Shown here: piece after piece, positions 9,335 to 17,449 of the stretch | How positions within the stretch are numbered: position 1 is the stretch's first letter | Layout: each line of letters starts with the position of its first letter | Assembly (NCBI GenBank): GCA_965246885.1 | Contig: OZ251992.1 | Span: forward strand, 3,328,001-3,392,000 | Direction of reading: 5' to 3' | DNA length: 64,000 nucleotides | Origin: Abditibacterium sp. | Lineage (GTDB): Bacteria > Armatimonadota > Abditibacteriia > Abditibacteriales > Abditibacteriaceae | Position numbers and translations under genes: made by a program | Notes under the pieces: generated by a model | What the model saw: the letters and a program-made list of their open reading frames with translations, nothing else | What the model was told of the DNA's origin: nothing | Databases searched by the model: none

Positions 9335-11389
9335 TTACGCGAGGTGCAGCACGACGAGGATTTTGTCGAGGAGCCAGATGCACGGGAAGGGGACGACGAG
9401 GCCGCCCAAGCCGTAGATGAGCAGGTTGCGCTGGAGCGTTTTGGCGGCGCTTTGGGGTTTGTAGGGCACGCCTTTGAGGGCGAGGGGAATGAGCGCGATG
9501 ATGATGAGCGCGTTGAAGATAACCGCCGCAAGGATGGCGCTTTTGTCGTTGGAAAGGCCGATAAAGTTCAGCCGTTGCAAGGCGGGGAAGGTCGCCACGA
9601 ACATGGCGGGGATGATGGCGAAGTATTTCGCCACATCGTTGGCAATGGAGAAGGTGGTGAGCGCGCCGCGCGTCATGAGCAACCCCTTGCCGATTTCCAC
9701 GACTTCGATGAGCTTGGTCGGGTCGGAGTCCAAGTCCACCATGTTGCCCGCTTCTTTGGCGGCCTGCGTGCCGGTGTTCATCGCCACGCCGACGTCGGCT
9801 TGCGCGAGGGCGGGCGCGTCGTTCGTGCCGTCGCCGGTCATGGCGACCAGCTTGCCGTCGGCCTGCTCCTTTTTGATGAGTTCCATCTTGTCTTCGGGCG
9901 TGGCCTGCGCGAGGAAGTCGTCCACGCCCGCCTCGCCCGCGATGGACTTGGCGGTAAGCGGGTTGTCACCGGTAATCATCACGGTGCGGATGCCCATCGC
10001 GCGCAGCGAATCGAAGCGCTCCTTCATGCCGGTCTTCACGATGTCCTTCAGGTAAATAACGCCCAACACGCGGTTGCCCGACGAGACGCCCAAAGGCGTG
10101 CCGCCCAGTTGCGAGATGCGCGTGACTTCGGCGTCGAACTCCGGCGGGACACTGCCGCCGTGCGACTCGACCCACTTTTTCACCGACTCGCCCGCGCCCT
10201 TGCGGACGGACTCGCGCCCGTAGTCCACGCCGCTCATGCGGGTTTGTGCGGTGAACTCGATCCACTCGGCGCCGGGGATGGAGCTTTGCTCGCGGTCGCT
10301 CAAACCGTACTTGTCGCGCGCCAACACGAGGATGGAACGGCCTTCGGGCGTCTCGTCGGCGAGCGAGGACAGTTGCGCGGCCTCGGCGATTTCGCGCTCG
10401 GACACGCCCGGCATGGCGGCGAACTCGGCGGCTTGGCGGTTGCCGTAGGTAATGGTGCCGGTCTTGTCGAGGAGCAGGGTGTTGACATCGCCCGCCGCTT
10501 CGACGGCTTTGCCCGACATCGCCAGCACGTTGTGCTGCATGACCCGATCCATGCCCGCGATGCCGATGGCGCTGAGCAACCCGCCGATGGTGGTGGGAAT
10601 CAAGCAGACGAGCAACGCGACCAGCACGGGAATAGTGGGCGCCGCGCCTTGGCCCGCGCCGCGCACCGAGTAATTGGCGAAGGGCAGAAGCGTCACGACG
10701 GCGAACAGGAAGACGATGGTCAGGCCCGACAGGAGGATGGAAAGCGCAATCTCGTTGGGCGTCTTTTGGCGCTGGGCGCCTTCGACCAAGGCAATCATGC
10801 GGTCCAGAAAAGATTCGCCGGGGTTCTGGGTGATGCGGATAACGATGCGGTCGGACAGAACCTTTGTGCCGCCCGTGACGGCGGAGCGGTCGCCGCCCGA
10901 TTCGCGGATGACGGGCGCCGATTCGCCGGTGATAGCCGACTCGTCCACTGCCGCGACGCCCTCGATGATTTCGCCGTCGCCGGGAATGCCGTCGCCCGCT
11001 TCGCAGACGACGATGTCGCCCTTGCGCAGTTCGCTCGACGCCACGACTTCTTCTTTGCCGTTCACGATGCGGCGCGCGTTGGCCTGCGTTTTGGCTTTGC
11101 GGAGCGTGTCGGCCTGCGCCTTGCCGCGCCCTTCGGCGATGGCTTCGGCGAAGTTGGCGAAGAGGACGGTGAACCACAACCAGAGCGAGATTTGCCCCGT
11201 GAAGAGGGCGTTGCCGGTGTGCCCGAACACGTCCTTGAGCCACAGATAAGTCGTGACGATGGAGCCGACATACACGACGAACATGACCGGGTTCTTGGCG
11301 ACGGCGCGCGGGTCTAACTTGCGAAGCGCGTCGCCCAAAGCGCGGCGCACGATGGCGCCGTCGAACATGGAAACGGATTTGGATTTCAT
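9335..11389 (-). CDS. kdpB: K+-transporting P-type ATPase subunit B
   Basis: [18 protein letters not shown] phosphorylation motif, TGDN and GDGTND. Confidence 0.98.
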   Translation of the reverse strand: MKSKSVSMFDGAIVRRALGDALRKLDPRAVAKNPVMFVVYVGSIVTTYLWLKDVFGHTGNALFTGQISLWLWFTVLFANFAEAIAEGRGKAQADTLRKAKTQANARRIVNGKEEVVASSELRKGDIVVCEAGDGIPGDGEIIEGVAAVDESAITGESAPVIRESGGDRSAVTGGTKVLSDRIVIRITQNPGESFLDRMIALVEGAQRQKTPNEIALSILLSGLTIVFLFAVVTLLPFANYSVRGAGQGAAPTIPVLVALLVCLIPTTIGGLLSAIGIAGMDRVMQHNVLAMSGKAVEAAGDVNTLLLDKTGTITYGNRQAAEFAAMPGVSEREIAEAAQLSSLADETPEGRSILVLARDKYGLSDREQSSIPGAEWIEFTAQTRMSGVDYGRESVRKGAGESVKKWVESHGGSVPPEFDAEVTRISQLGGTPLGVSSGNRVLGVIYLKDIVKTGMKERFDSLRAMGIRTVMITGDNPLTAKSIAGEAGVDDFLAQATPEDKMELIKKEQADGKLVAMTGDGTNDAPALAQADVGVAMNTGTQAAKEAGNMVDLDSDPTKLIEVVEIGKGLLMTRGALTTFSIANDVAKYFAIIPAMFVATFPALQRLNFIGLSNDKSAILAAVIFNALIIIALIPLALKGVPYKPQSAAKTLQRNLLIYGLGGLVVPFPCIWLLDKILVVLHLA

Positions 11390-11404
11390 GGGAGTTCCGA
11401 GGGC

Positions 11405-13153
11405 TTAGGAGAACGTCTTCCCCGCGTTCATCAGGAAGTGTTCGACGACGGGGCCGAGCGCGAGGACGGGGAAGTAGGTAAGCGCGCCAACGATGATGAT
11501 GGTGCCGCACAAGACGGCGACGAAGGTGCCGGAATCGGTCGGGAAGGTGCCGCTCGTGGTGGGCGTGTATTTCTTCTTGGCGAGGCTGCCCGCGATGGCA
11601 AGGAGCGGGATAATCATCAAGAAGCGGCCAACGAGCATGGCGATGCCGAGCGTGACGTTATAGAACGGGGTGTTGGCCGAAAAGCCCGCGAAGGCGCTGC
11701 CGTTGTTGCCGGTCGCGCTCGTGAAAGCGTAGAGAATCTCGCTCAGCCCGTGCGGGCCGGAGTTGTTGACGTTGGAAAACGTCGGGCCGTAGGTGCCATT
11801 GATGCCGCCCGTTGGAAGCGACAAGTTGGCGCCCAAGGCGGCGAAGCCGAGGATGGAGGCGGCGAGGACGAGGACGGCGAGCATGGCCATCTTCACCTCG
11901 TAGCCCTCGATCTTCTTGCCGATGTATTCGGGGGTGCGCCCGACCATCAGGCCCGCGATGAAGACGGCGAGAATGGCGAACATCAGCATGCCATACAAGC
12001 CCGCGCCCACGCCGCCGAAGATGCACTCCCCCGACAGGATGTTGAGGAGCGGCACGAGGCCGCCGATGGGCGTGAAGGAGTCGTGCATGGCGTTGACGGC
12101 GCCGCAACTGGCGTCGGTCGTAATCACCGCGAACAGGGCGGAGTTGGCTATGCCAAATCGCGTCTCTTTCCCTTCCATATTGCCGCCCGGAACGCCAAGG
12201 GCATGGACGAGCGGGTTGCCGACCGCTTCGGCGTTGTAACACACGACGGTGCCCAGCAGAAAGAGGGCGAACATGGCGCCCAGCAGCGCGTAGCCTTGCT
12301 TGACGTTGCCGACCATCTTGCCGAAGGTGTAGGTGAGCGCGGCGGGAATCAGGAAGATGCTGAGCATCTGCAGGAAGTTGCAAAGGGGAGTCGGGTTCTC
12401 GTAGGGATGCGCGGAGTTGGCGTTGAAAAAGCCGCCGCCGTTGGTGCCGAGCATCTTGATGGCTTCCTGCGACGCGACGGGGCCTTGCGCGAGGGTCTGT
12501 TTGGCGCCCTCGACGGTCGTGACCGCCGTGTAGGGGCTAAAGTTCTGCGGCACGCCTTGCCACACTAAAACCAGCGCGAACACAAGCGACAAGGGCAGCA
12601 GGATGTACAGCGTCGAGCGCGTCACGTCCACCCAGAAGTTGCCGATGCCGCTCGCGGTGCGCCGCGCGATGCCGCGCACAAGGGCGATGGCAACCGCCAA
12701 ACCCGCCGCCGCGCTCATCCAGTTGTGAATGGCGAGGGCCACCATGTTCGACCCATACGACACGGTGGCTTCAGGCGTGTAGGCCTGCCAGTTGGTGTTG
12801 GTCGAGAACGACGCGGAGGTATTGAACGCCAGATCGGGCGTCATCTCCTTGCCGCCGAAGCCCTGCGGGTTGAAGGGCAAACTGCCTTGCAAGCGCAACA
12901 GGGCGTAGGTCAGCACGACGCCCACCAGCGAGAACGCCAGAAGCGCGAAAGCATATTGCGTCCACGTCTGGTCGTCGCGGTTCTCGTCCACGCCAAAGGC
13001 GCGATACAGCGCGCGCTCGAAGGGGCCGATAACGGGCGAGAGGACGGTGCGCTCGCCCTCAAACACGCGCGCCATATACGCGCCGAGCGGCTTGACGGTG
13101 AGGAGGAGCACGCCGCAATACAGCAGGATTTGAAGGATTCCTTGGGAAGTCAT
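11405..13153 (-). CDS. kdpA: K+-transporting ATPase subunit A
   Basis: [25 protein letters not shown] and TGNNGSAF pore motifs. Start ATG 13153 (MTSQGILQ). Confidence 0.98.
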   Translation of the reverse strand: MTSQGILQILLYCGVLLLTVKPLGAYMARVFEGERTVLSPVIGPFERALYRAFGVDENRDDQTWTQYAFALLAFSLVGVVLTYALLRLQGSLPFNPQGFGGKEMTPDLAFNTSASFSTNTNWQAYTPEATVSYGSNMVALAIHNWMSAAAGLAVAIALVRGIARRTASGIGNFWVDVTRSTLYILLPLSLVFALVLVWQGVPQNFSPYTAVTTVEGAKQTLAQGPVASQEAIKMLGTNGGGFFNANSAHPYENPTPLCNFLQMLSIFLIPAALTYTFGKMVGNVKQGYALLGAMFALFLLGTVVCYNAEAVGNPLVHALGVPGGNMEGKETRFGIANSALFAVITTDASCGAVNAMHDSFTPIGGLVPLLNILSGECIFGGVGAGLYGMLMFAILAVFIAGLMVGRTPEYIGKKIEGYEVKMAMLAVLVLAASILGFAALGANLSLPTGGINGTYGPTFSNVNNSGPHGLSEILYAFTSATGNNGSAFAGFSANTPFYNVTLGIAMLVGRFLMIIPLLAIAGSLAKKKYTPTTSGTFPTDSGTFVAVLCGTIIIVGALTYFPVLALGPVVEHFLMNAGKTFS

Positions 13154-13157
13154 GGCT

Positions 13158-13244
13158 TTAGAAGCGTTCCGGCTTGAGTAGCGCGAAAAGCAGATAACCG
13201 AGCAGGCCCAGCGACAAGAGGGCGGACAGGATGAGGTCGAACAT
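13158..13244 (-). CDS. kdpF: K+-transporting ATPase subunit F (28 aa)
   Basis: [28 protein letters not shown]. Hydrophobic helix ending in the KdpF signature YL..ALL.PE.F, directly upstream of kdpA. Too short for the ORF track. Confidence 0.93.
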   Translation of the reverse strand: MFDLILSALLSLGLLGYLLFALLKPERF

Positions 13245-13257
13245 GGTGCGGAAAGGG

Positions 13258-13341
13258 TTAGGCGCCCTCGCAAAACGACACATAAAGCGCCGCGAGCGCG
13301 AAGAACGCGAGGGTCAAAACGAGCAGGAAAAGGTCGAGCAT
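13258..13341 (-). CDS. Small hydrophobic peptide (27 aa) upstream of kdpF
   Basis: [27 protein letters not shown]. One TM helix, with a GGGAGG RBS 9 nt upstream. Confidence 0.75.
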   Translation of the reverse strand: MLDLFLLVLTLAFFALAALYVSFCEGA

Positions 13342-13344
13342 GGC

Positions 13345-13482
13345 TTACGACCTCCCGTCGAAGCGGCGCCCTTGGCAAGCGCGCGCAATGCGCGCTTTTT
13401 GCGCCTTGGTCGGGTGGCAATACAGCCACAGCAAACTGCCCCATGCGGCGCCAACCAGCGCCAAATCTTGAAGACCGTGCAT
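13345..13482 (-). CDS. Putative small protein (45 aa), first ORF after the leader terminator
   Basis: [49 protein letters not shown] lies upstream, and its stop is 3 nt before the next ATG. Confidence 0.45.
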   Translation of the reverse strand: MHGLQDLALVGAAWGSLLWLYCHPTKAQKARIARACQGRRFDGRS

Positions 13483-13519
13483 TGCGTTTTAACTCCGTGA
13501 AGCACCCGCCCCGCGCCCG

Positions 13520-13587
13520 AAAACGAAAAAGGAGGCCGAAAAGCCGCCACCGCGCGCTTGCGGGTGACTGGCTTTTCGGCCTCCTTT
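13520..13587 (-). terminator. Intrinsic terminator in the kdp operon leader (probable attenuator)
   Basis: Perfect 18-bp stem AAAGGAGGCCGAAAAGCC/GGCTTTTCGGCCTCCTTT with a minus-strand U-tract TTTTTCGTTTT. Confidence 0.85.
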
Positions 13588-13675
13588 GGGACGGGCCGCG
13601 CGGGGAAAGATGTCTGCGCGCGGCCCTTCTTCTTGGCAACCAAGATGGGTTCTTCTATTGTCTTGTCTTTCGACT
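13588..13675 (-). promoter_or_regulatory. Structured 5' leader upstream of the kdp terminator
   Basis: GTC-GAAA-GAC hairpin, A-rich ACAATAGAAGAA, TCTTGG-TTG-CCAAGA hairpin and a 10-bp GGGCCGCGCG/CGCGCGGCCC hairpin. Confidence 0.55.
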
Positions 13676-13681
13676 GCTTCC

Positions 13682-13711
13682 AGATTAGCGCGTTCCCACC
13701 CATTCGCGCAA
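13682..13711 (-). promoter_or_regulatory. Putative sigma70-type promoter for the kdp leader
   Basis: TTGCGC-N18-TAATCT on the minus strand, just after the DUF2294 stop. Confidence 0.35.
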
Positions 13712-13718
13712 GGGCGCA

Positions 13719-14096
13719 TTACCTCCGTCCGGCGAATAGCTTCTCGACGTTTTGCGCCAACACATACACCTCGACCTGCTCGGCGGCCTCGACGCTCAGG
13801 TCGCAGTGGGAACGCAGCACCGGGCAACCCGCCAAGCCCGCCACCACGTCCTCGATTTCGGCGTGATTAATGGAGCGTAACTCTTGCCGCGCGCTTTTGA
13901 TGAGCTTGCGCCCCCCGTCGGATGCGCACAGCTTTTCTTCGACGGATGTGAGAATCGCGGTGCAACGCACCAGCACCATATCGCCGACCAAATGGGCGCG
14001 CACTTCGCCCGGCCCGCGCCCTTGTTGCTCGCGGTGAAAGCGGGTGACGGCGGTGGCAATCTCGGCTTCAAAGGCGCCTTTGGAAGGGAAATTCAT
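13719..14096 (-). CDS. DUF2294 / MpsC-like protein
   Basis: KGAFEAEIATAVTRFHREQQGRGP, LTSVEEKL, GRKLIKSARQEL and SHCDLSV match the family pattern. Start ATG 14096. Confidence 0.85.
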   Translation of the reverse strand: MNFPSKGAFEAEIATAVTRFHREQQGRGPGEVRAHLVGDMVLVRCTAILTSVEEKLCASDGGRKLIKSARQELRSINHAEIEDVVAGLAGCPVLRSHCDLSVEAAEQVEVYVLAQNVEKLFAGRR

Positions 14097-14117
14097 CGGC
14101 AACAGCGCAAGGTGATT

Positions 14118-15275
14118 TTACGGCAAGGCGAGTTGCAGCGCGCCTAAAAAGCGGGCGGCCCCGGCGCCATTCACCAAGCGGTGATCGCACGTAAGCACCA
14201 AACGCGCGCGGCGTTCCCAACGCAGGCCAGCCTCGCCTACGCGCACGGGTGCATCGTAGGGGGTGCCGATAAAGAGCGTCGCGGTCGCGGGCGGCACGAC
14301 CAAGGGGATGGCCGACAAAATCCCGGCGCGCGACAGGTCGGAGATGATCAGTTGCGCTTCGCCGTGCGACTTTTCCCCGGCGCGAATGGACGCGATCGCG
14401 GCGCGACTGGCGCGGCTAAAGCCCTCGAAGTCGAGCGTTTCGGCGCGCGACACGACGGCGACGGCGAGTTCGTCCGCTTCGAGCGCGACCGCGAACCCGA
14501 CGTTGACGTGCCTCCACTCGCGCAAAAGCCCGCCGCGCTTCCATGTGGAGCAAAAGCGGCGGTGCTCGCCCATCACGCGCGCAATGGCCCAGCCGATGAC
14601 GTGAAGCGGCGTGACTTTGAGCGGGTTGGCGCCAATGTGCGCCGCGCGCTGATTCTCGACTTCGCGCTCGATGGCGTCCCACGACACCTCGATTTCCAAG
14701 ATGGCGGGCACCACTTCGCGCCATGCGCTTTCCAAATGCGCGGCCAAGCGCGCTTGACGGGGCGACAGAGGACGCTCGACGAACGGCTCGAAGGAAGCGG
14801 CTTCGCTGGCTTTGTGTTCGATGTGCGCGCGCAGTTCTCCCTGCGAAACGCGCCCGCCGGAGTCGCGCGCGAGGGTGTCCAACTCGCGCGCTGAAACGCC
14901 CTCGCCCCGTGCGGTTGCGCGTTCGCGCGGCGCGGCGGCGCCGTTGCAAACCGCCCCCGCGCCACTTCCAGCCGCGTGTGCGACCTCGGCGGGCGCATGA
15001 GTGGGAGCGGCAACTTCATCGGGGGCGCCCGTCGCTTGCGGGGTGGCGATGCGGCACACGACAGCGCCGATTTGCGCGTCGTCGTCCACCTTGACCAGCC
15101 ACTCTTCGACCAGCCCCGCGACGGGCGACTCTAAGCTCATGATGGCTTTGTCGGTCTCGATTTCAAGGAGCGGCTCGTCGCGCTCGACGCGCTCTCCGGC
15201 GGCTTTCCAGAGTGTCACGACGCGGGCGCCGACCAAGCCTTCGCCCAATTGGGGGATTTTAAAAGGAAACGTCAT
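14118..15275 (-). CDS. 2-oxoacid dehydrogenase E2 (lipoyl domain plus acyltransferase)
   Basis: Lipoyl motif IETDKAI and C-terminal TCDHRLVNG. Start ATG 15275 overlaps the E1 stop. Confidence 0.85.
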   Translation of the reverse strand: MTFPFKIPQLGEGLVGARVVTLWKAAGERVERDEPLLEIETDKAIMSLESPVAGLVEEWLVKVDDDAQIGAVVCRIATPQATGAPDEVAAPTHAPAEVAHAAGSGAGAVCNGAAAPRERATARGEGVSARELDTLARDSGGRVSQGELRAHIEHKASEAASFEPFVERPLSPRQARLAAHLESAWREVVPAILEIEVSWDAIEREVENQRAAHIGANPLKVTPLHVIGWAIARVMGEHRRFCSTWKRGGLLREWRHVNVGFAVALEADELAVAVVSRAETLDFEGFSRASRAAIASIRAGEKSHGEAQLIISDLSRAGILSAIPLVVPPATATLFIGTPYDAPVRVGEAGLRWERRARLVLTCDHRLVNGAGAARFLGALQLALP

Positions 15276-17215
15276 AACGACAGGGAATGGCGCATTGTCA
15301 AGCGCACCGCGTCCGCGACGCGCTCGGCGTCGGGCAACACCCTCTCCTCCAGTTTGGGGTGAAAGGGCACTTGCACGTCGGGCCGCGTCACCAGTTGCGG
15401 CGGCGCGGCGAAGTAGTCCCACGTCCGCGCTTGCGCTGTCAGGCGCGCGATGACCGTCGCGCCAAAGCTCGCCGTCTCGTTGTCCTCTTGGATGACCACG
15501 AGCCGCCCCGTCTTTTGGAGCGACCGCTCCACGCTCGCCCAATCACACGGCACCAGAAAGCGCAGGTCTATCACTTCCGCCTCGATGTTCTCGCCCGCCA
15601 AAAGCGCCGCCGCTTCGAGCGCGACCTCGACCGTGTTGCCCCACGCGACAAGAGTCGCGTCCCGCCCCGCGCGGCGCGTCAAGGCCCCCACGCCCTGTCC
15701 CCCATTGAGCGCGAGCGGCATGGCGGCCCGCCGGAACAAGCGCTTGGGCAACAGGAGCAGCGTCGGGTCATCGGCGTTCAGAGCGTCCCGAAAGAGTTCG
15801 ACGGCGCACCCCGGCGTCGAAGGCACGCTTACGCGTAGCCCCGGCGTGTGCGTCCACCAGCCCTCCCCGGTCTGCGAATGCCAAGGCCCGCCTGCCGGAA
15901 GATACGCCCCACACGGCGCCAGCAAAACAAGGGGACACGCGAACTCTCCGGCGCTTCGCCAGCGCAATGTCGCGGCCTGATTGACCAACTGATTGAACGC
16001 CGGAGCCAGAAAATCAATGAACTGAATTTCAAAAACAGGCCGCCAACCCGTCGCCGCCAACCCCACGCCCGCTCCGACTATGGTCGCTTCGGCGAGCGGG
16101 GAGTTCTCGACGCGCCCCGGAAACTCGGTCGAAAGTCCCCGCGTCAGCCCGAACACGCCGCCCTTGGGGTCTTCGATGTCCTCGCCAAACAAGAGCACGC
16201 GCGGGTCGTCCGCGAGGGCGCGCCGCAGTTCGGCGCCCAGCGCCTCGACCATCGTTTCTTCGCCACGCGCGTTGGCGTAGGGCAGCTTGTTCGCGGAGGA
16301 GAACTCCGGGACAGCGAGAACGTTGCTCAGGGCTTCCGACGCGACGGGCGCGCGCTCGGCGTTCTGGTAATCGGCGTCCACATCGGCGGCGATGCGCGCC
16401 AAGTCGTCGGCCCAGCCCTCCGCCGTCAGCGCGCCTTCTTCCATCAGCGCGTCGCGCAGGAGGGAAATGGGGTCGCGCGTTGCCATTTCTTCGATGTCCT
16501 CTGCCGTGCGATACACGCGGTGATCGTCCGACAGGGTGTGCGACCACAATCTGTCCAACTCGCACCACAACACGCGCGGGCCGTTTCCCTCGCGCAACTC
16601 CTCGACGGCGCACCGCGCGGCCTTGGAGAGGGCGAGCGCGTCGCGGCCATCCACCCGCGTCAGGATGCCCTCGTTGAGGGCGCCGATGTTCCAAGGCGTC
16701 ATCCGCGCGGTCGGCGTCGAGATGCCGTAACCGTTATCCGCCACGACAAACAAAACCGGCAACGACTCCTGCAAAGCGAAGCAAAGCGCCTCGTAGAACT
16801 CGCCTTGGCGCGTGGAAGCGTCGCCGATAAAGCAGACCGACACGGCGCCGTCCCCACTTTTCTTCATGCCCCACGCGGCGCCCACGCACGGGAGGCACTG
16901 TATCCCCGTCGGCGTGGCGGACGGGAAGATGCCCCCCTTTTGGCTTCCGAAGTGGCTGCTCATCAAGCGCCCCGCGCCGATGCCGTCGCGCTTGCCGAAG
17001 AAATTGAGCGCAATTTGATAATTGGTCTCGCCGCGCGCAAGGGCAACGGCGCGCTCGCGGTAGTAGGGAAACACCCAGTCGCCCTCGCGCAGCGGAGCGC
17101 AAACGGCGGCGAGCGCCTCGTGTCCGGCGCCGGGCACTTGCAAAAACCCGCGCCCTTGGCGCACGAGAATGCCCTCGCGCCGGTCGCCCTCGCGCGAAGT
17201 CGCCATGAGGCGCAA
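15272..17215 (-). CDS. Fused E1 alpha/beta 2-oxoacid dehydrogenase (ThDP-dependent)
   Basis: GHEA, PYYR, ThDP motif GDAST...DNGYGIST, then the beta part GEDIEDPKGGVFG, SPLAEATIVG, EIQFIDF. Start uncertain (TTG 17215 or ATG 17206). Confidence 0.9.
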   Translation of the reverse strand: MRLMATSREGDRREGILVRQGRGFLQVPGAGHEALAAVCAPLREGDWVFPYYRERAVALARGETNYQIALNFFGKRDGIGAGRLMSSHFGSQKGGIFPSATPTGIQCLPCVGAAWGMKKSGDGAVSVCFIGDASTRQGEFYEALCFALQESLPVLFVVADNGYGISTPTARMTPWNIGALNEGILTRVDGRDALALSKAARCAVEELREGNGPRVLWCELDRLWSHTLSDDHRVYRTAEDIEEMATRDPISLLRDALMEEGALTAEGWADDLARIAADVDADYQNAERAPVASEALSNVLAVPEFSSANKLPYANARGEETMVEALGAELRRALADDPRVLLFGEDIEDPKGGVFGLTRGLSTEFPGRVENSPLAEATIVGAGVGLAATGWRPVFEIQFIDFLAPAFNQLVNQAATLRWRSAGEFACPLVLLAPCGAYLPAGGPWHSQTGEGWWTHTPGLRVSVPSTPGCAVELFRDALNADDPTLLLLPKRLFRRAAMPLALNGGQGVGALTRRAGRDATLVAWGNTVEVALEAAALLAGENIEAEVIDLRFLVPCDWASVERSLQKTGRLVVIQEDNETASFGATVIARLTAQARTWDYFAAPPQLVTRPDVQVPFHPKLEERVLPDAERVADAVRLTMRHSLSL

Positions 17216-17295
17216 AAGTGGAATGAAAGAATGGATGATGGAGATTGTAGGACAAGCGGGCCGGGAGAAGGTAGCAACCGTACAAGACTTGGCGT

Positions 17296-17445
17296 CTCCT
17301 TCTTTCTATGCCCGGCGACTGAAGTCGCGGGCAACTCACGGCGAAGCCTCCCTGTGGAGGCTGGAGAGTTGGAAGTGCAGTCGGCGCAGGCCGACTTCGC
17401 CGTCGGTTGCCCGCGACTTCAGTCGCCGGGCATAGAAAGAAGGAG
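17296..17445. repeat. REP/MITE-like palindromic element (CCCGGCGACTRAAGTCGCGG family), copy 1
   Basis: Perfect 40-bp arms (17296-17335 and 17406-17445) enclosing two short hairpins. Confidence 0.9.
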
Positions 17446-17449
17446 CGGG

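Noticed and set aside
9320..12568. Long antisense ORFs (e.g. 1219-3162 +, 9320-11317 +, 15848-17878 +, 26449-28551 -, 38073-40283 -, 57489-59045 +)
   Set aside because: Shadow ORFs opposite well-supported genes, expected in high-GC DNA, with no protein motifs.
13154..13639. N-terminal extensions in the ORF track (KdpA, kinase, helicase, binding protein, CgdA/B and others)
   Set aside because: They overlap other genes, repeats or RNA leaders. Family motifs begin at downstream starts.
13345..13718. c-di-AMP (ydaO/yuaA) riboswitch, expected upstream of kdp/kimA
   Set aside because: The hallmark GCTGAA, GGGGGAACC and CCCGTCAGCTAA elements are not visible. An Infernal scan would confirm.
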